Origin: a virus | Taxonomy: Duplodnaviria > Caudoviricetes | Length of the DNA stretch: 64,000 bases | IMG/VR virus record: IMGVR_UViG_3300028920_000023 | Strand: one strand, 5' to 3' | In this document: positions 60,350-64,000 of the stretch, in pieces | Numbering within the stretch: position 1 is the stretch's first letter | Layout of the letters: every line of letters begins with the position of its first letter | Program-made: the position numbers and the translations under genes | Notes under the pieces: model-generated | The model's input: only the letters and a program-made list of their open reading frames with translations | Told to the model about the DNA's origin: nothing | Databases searched by the model: none

Positions 60350-60804
60350 TGGACATAGGAAGCCCAGAATTCGAAAACTTCGTCTTCTGTAAAACCATAT
60401 GGCGCAATATCCTCCACCACTATAGGGAGAGCCTTGACAGAAAGAAAGCCGTCGAGCAATGTATCAAGATGGCCAATGACGCTCACGAAGACGGCTTCAT
60501 AACAGAAAGCCAGAAAGAAACCATACTCGCCAAAATAAAGGACTGGGAATTTATGACCTTCGAGCAATTCAAGGAACAGTACGAAACAGGACTCGAGCAA
60601 ATCCTGTACGAAGTGTACACAAAAGCCCGAGAACACTTCAAAGAATGCCCAGGGGACTTTTGTGTACAGCACATCGGAGAAACCAGCATCGTGTTCGGAA
60701 GTACAAACCGGTTGATCTGGTCAATCCATAACGGGTTCGTAGTGGACATGAGTTACTGCACCGAAACATTCATCGACCACGCCAAGAAGATCAAAAGGAG
60801 ATGA
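60349..60804 (+). CDS. Hypothetical protein
   Basis: AAGGAGG RBS. Confidence 0.75.
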   Translation: MDIGSPEFENFVFCKTIWRNILHHYRESLDRKKAVEQCIKMANDAHEDGFITESQKETILAKIKDWEFMTFEQFKEQYETGLEQILYEVYTKAREHFKECPGDFCVQHIGETSIVFGSTNRLIWSIHNGFVVDMSYCTETFIDHAKKIKRR

Positions 60805-60805
60805 C

Positions 60806-61003
60806 ATGGCCAAATGTGCTACATGCGGTAAAGAAATGCCAGACGAACGACTAGAATACGGCCTCACGCACTGCAGCAACTGCACCAACCAAACCAAAGC
60901 ATACGGCGTGATGGAATACGGCCACAAAACAGCAGGAGTACTGATCATCACCGACGAAAGCGGATACCACGAACTACGAAAAACCGCCAGTCAGAGGAGA
61001 TGA
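60806..61003 (+). CDS. TraR/DksA-like C4 zinc-finger protein
   Basis: CATCGKEMPDERL......CSNC. Confidence 0.7.
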   Translation: MAKCATCGKEMPDERLEYGLTHCSNCTNQTKAYGVMEYGHKTAGVLIITDESGYHELRKTASQRR

Positions 61004-61004
61004 C

Positions 61005-61406
61005 ATGGACCAAGCACAAGAAATAACCAAAATCCTAATCCAATCTGGCATACTGAAACACAAGCACATCCTGCAGACCATAGAGACAGCAAGCAAATCA
61101 AACGAAATTGCAGGAACAAAAGTCGCTCACCTCCTCGGCTTCCATCAACTCGAATCGAAAGGCCCAGACCTAACAAGAAACATGGCAGAACTTCTAGAGA
61201 TACAACTTCTGGAAGAAGGAATCTATCCGGAAGAAATCGAAGAAACTTTGACCGGGCACCAGCGGATCAAAATAGGGAACAAAGACGTTGAAATCAGCCC
61301 CTATTATATGGATGGGGAAAAGAAATATGTCTACGTGATTATCAACAACGAACAATCCTTCGTAATGCCAGCAATACCAAAAATGCTGGCCCGCTACTTG
61401 TCCTGA
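61005..61406 (+). CDS. Hypothetical protein
   Basis: GAGGAG RBS. Confidence 0.75.
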   Translation: MDQAQEITKILIQSGILKHKHILQTIETASKSNEIAGTKVAHLLGFHQLESKGPDLTRNMAELLEIQLLEEGIYPEEIEETLTGHQRIKIGNKDVEISPYYMDGEKKYVYVIINNEQSFVMPAIPKMLARYLS

Positions 61407-61423
61407 AGGGACCATAAGCCGAC

Positions 61424-61711
61424 GTGAGCACTTTCATCATTAGCAACAAAGACGATGATCGCACCTGGATCTGTCAAAATATCAATGATCTGGTCAAGGA
61501 CTTATGGGGGAAGGATCTCGATAACTGGGCAATTTATCTCGTACACAAAGGACAGGTACGCGAAATCGTCTTGAAATCTCGCAATCTGCATCTTGTTCTA
61601 GAACAATTAGACGAGGCTGTGGTTACAGCCGCTCTAGAAAACAAAGGACAAAAAGATAGCCTCGATAAATCAAGAGCAGCTATCATCAACAGCCGCATAC
61701 TGGACCTCTAG
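61424..61711 (+). CDS. Hypothetical protein
   Basis: GTG start, 95 aa. Confidence 0.6.
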   Translation: MSTFIISNKDDDRTWICQNINDLVKDLWGKDLDNWAIYLVHKGQVREIVLKSRNLHLVLEQLDEAVVTAALENKGQKDSLDKSRAAIINSRILDL

Positions 61712-61720
61712 GAGAAACAA

Positions 61721-62134
61721 ATGCAATTCAAGATACTCAAAAGATCGGTACGACCGCACGAAGAACTTAAACTAATCGAAGCAGATAACCCTGAGCAGGC
61801 AAAACAGAGGGCGCTCTGCGGAGATGGCAGAACAGTGAAGGAAGAAACCCTACCCTCACACACAACAGTATACTTCGAACACGAACGGGGCAAAATCATC
61901 GACCCCAAACACATCAACGACCTATGGGAAGCCCTACACGAAGCAGATACAGCATTCGCCTGTATCGCAATCTGCGATAAACAGGGTGGGAAATTGGTCC
62001 TCACGCCACAAGCAGAAAAGGCGTTTCTAGAAGCGCGAGAGAAAGTACAGGACGCTATTGCTGCAGTGAGACCCAACGGGATGTACGCCCTAGCGGTAGA
62101 GAACGCAAGAAAAATACGTAAGCAAACCCAATAA
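61721..62134 (+). CDS. Hypothetical protein
   Basis: AGGAG RBS. Confidence 0.75.
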   Translation: MQFKILKRSVRPHEELKLIEADNPEQAKQRALCGDGRTVKEETLPSHTTVYFEHERGKIIDPKHINDLWEALHEADTAFACIAICDKQGGKLVLTPQAEKAFLEAREKVQDAIAAVRPNGMYALAVENARKIRKQTQ

Positions 62135-62144
62135 CGGAGGAAAC

Positions 62145-62333
62145 ATGGCCAAAGCAACTCGACGAAATCTCTGGAAAGCAGCGGAACGAATTATCAAAAG
62201 AGATAAAGAATTAATCAATCAAGTAGGACAAGGCAAAACCGGAGACGAACTGATCTTAGAAGTCGCAAACCACATCAGAGCACGCACCGGAAAATACCTA
62301 CACCTGCCGCCTTTGGTTAAGCCACCAGTATAA
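62145..62333 (+). CDS. Hypothetical protein
   Basis: GGAGG RBS. Confidence 0.7.
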   Translation: MAKATRRNLWKAAERIIKRDKELINQVGQGKTGDELILEVANHIRARTGKYLHLPPLVKPPV

Positions 62334-62427
62334 TCTTTCTAGGCGGTAAGCGCCACGATTGAGCGCGGGCGGGGCGTATCCGCACCCGCCCACGGGCGCT
62401 GCTTGCCGCCCCGTAAGCGACGCGCCG

Positions 62428-62479
62428 CCCGCCACCGGCACCCGCCACCGGCACCCGCCACCGGCACCCGCCACCGGCA
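62428..62479. repeat. 4 x 13-nt repeat CCCGCCACCGGCA in a GC-rich non-coding gap
   Basis: Copies at 62428, 62441, 62454, 62467. Confidence 0.9.
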
Positions 62480-62553
62480 GGGCACCACCAAGGACACCGG
62501 GCCAAGCTACGCGCCACAATACGGGCACGACCAGCACAAAAGGAGACAAGGAC

Positions 62554-63621
62554 ATGCTAAAAGCCCTCAACATACTGGCCAAAGAACTCGGCATCAAAAA
62601 ACAAAGCGGAACAGGAGCAATAACCTACGGAGACCTCTTCATAAAATCCAACCCATACCCGGACAAAATGGAATTACAACTAACGACAATACACAGAGCA
62701 CTCTGGTGCGACGGGAACTACATCAAATACGTGTTGAACCCAACAGAAGAACAAAAAAGACAAGCGATACTATCAAACTCTATGGCGATTCGCTTCATCA
62801 AAGACATTTCGGAAGATCTCATTGAGCTGGCCCTGGGGCTCTCCACAAACGGAGATGTGCTCAAATTCATCCCACAATATACAGAAGACCAGGGACAAGA
62901 TCTAGTCATGAGACAATCCGAGCGCAGAATCTTCACAGCGCTAAGAAAAAACGGATCAGCAATCAAACACGTAAAAGAACCAACCAAAGCAATGAAACTA
63001 ACCGCAGTAGCCAGATCCAAAGGCGCTCTAAAATGGATCAAAGACCTCGACCCAGAAATAATCAGAGAGGCAATATCGAACGGAGCAAGCCTAAAGCTGG
63101 TCCCCCCGGAACAAAGAACTCTCGATATGTGTTATATCGCCTCACGCAAAGCATACCTGACGTTGCCGTTGAACGAGCATATACCAACAGAACACAGACT
63201 GAAAGTCCTCGAATTCATCCTAGAACGACAACCATACATCCAGGGCAAATTGACCGACAAAGCCCGTGTTGTTCTCTCGATTGCCCTGTCTAGAAGTTCG
63301 GGCCAGAGTCTCTATCATATAAGAGACTACATAAAGCAAATGCTCCCCCGGATGGGGAATCCAACAGACAAACAGATGGAAGCTATAGAACGCTATATCA
63401 TGGCATATCAAGACCATTACGACCCCTGTTGCTGGACTGTCTTAGCCAGAATAGGAGTAGACAGCGCAAAAATCGCCCTAGACCTGAAAGACACCGGTCT
63501 TAATATGCTCGTGACCGGGACCATGGTCCAAGTTGACCTAAACGAGCCCAACCCCGAAGTTGACCCCGTCGAGATTTTGTTGAACTACATCAGAACAGCC
63601 AGAAAGGAGAAAACAACTTAA
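62554..63621 (+). CDS. DUF4116-like repeat-containing protein
   Basis: GNYIKYVLNPTEE, NSMAIRFI, NGSAIKHVKEPT; AAAGGAG RBS. Confidence 0.75.
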   Translation: MLKALNILAKELGIKKQSGTGAITYGDLFIKSNPYPDKMELQLTTIHRALWCDGNYIKYVLNPTEEQKRQAILSNSMAIRFIKDISEDLIELALGLSTNGDVLKFIPQYTEDQGQDLVMRQSERRIFTALRKNGSAIKHVKEPTKAMKLTAVARSKGALKWIKDLDPEIIREAISNGASLKLVPPEQRTLDMCYIASRKAYLTLPLNEHIPTEHRLKVLEFILERQPYIQGKLTDKARVVLSIALSRSSGQSLYHIRDYIKQMLPRMGNPTDKQMEAIERYIMAYQDHYDPCCWTVLARIGVDSAKIALDLKDTGLNMLVTGTMVQVDLNEPNPEVDPVEILLNYIRTARKEKTT

Positions 63622-63665
63622 ACAAGAATGCTAGACAGGTAGAACAACCAAAAAGGAGAGAAAGC

Positions 63666-63857
63666 ATGGCCAAAATAATCGTCAAGATCAATAAAGAAGG
63701 AACCAAGACAACCGCCAAAGTGGAGGGAGTCTACGGAAGCGGTTGTCAGGACCTGACCAAAGCCCTAGAGGATCGACTGGGCATGGTCGAAGAGGATCAA
63801 GAAACAGAAGATATGTACCTCGACCAAGCGACCGAAACACAAGAATTAGGTCTGTGA
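63666..63857 (+). CDS. DUF2997-like protein
   Basis: I.V.I...G.....VEGV.GSGC..LT..LE..LG. Confidence 0.78.
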   Translation: MAKIIVKINKEGTKTTAKVEGVYGSGCQDLTKALEDRLGMVEEDQETEDMYLDQATETQELGL

Positions 63858-64000
63858 TATACTCCGTAAGCTCGGGACACACCCGAAAAATAGTAATGAA
63901 CGACACCTTCGGGCACCTTGCGCCCGAAGAGAGAAGGAAATATCACGGCACAATAGTAGCTGCCCTGGGGTGCTTTGGCTACACAGCCTGTATCGAATGC

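Overview
The window looks like part of a large lytic dsDNA phage genome, using the standard genetic code and strong AAGGAG ribosome-binding sites (RBS). The host is uncertain; DUF1257/DUF2997-like genes and NucS are only weak hints. 1-28.5 kb has genes on both strands: a very long (Gly-Pro/Ala-Thr)n collagen-like protein missed by the ORF track, a GT2-TPR-GT glycosyltransferase, a sialidase-like protein, a methyltransferase, NucS, a dNMP-kinase-like protein, tRNA-Leu(UAA), a LAGLIDADG/Hef-like chimera, a PurZ-type synthetase (2-aminoadenine pathway), a Mesh1-like HD hydrolase, dCTP deaminase, DeoC-like and NDT-like proteins, a gp55-like sigma factor and an SF2 helicase. 28.5-29.2 kb is non-coding repeats. 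29.2-64 kb is an almost entirely plus-strand run of small genes with many duplications. The most striking feature is about 33 hammerhead-ribozyme(-like) motifs at gene boundaries, at 29.6-43.9 kb plus 57.3 and 59.2 kb. Two are identical, fully canonical type I hammerheads flanking a single small ORF. The rest fall into two variant families, and the core UGA is often the upstream stop codon. The plus strand also shows extreme A+C versus G+T asymmetry that is independent of gene direction and flips at about 33.3 kb and again at about 43 kb. All calls come from reading motifs by eye; no database searches or folding programs were run.
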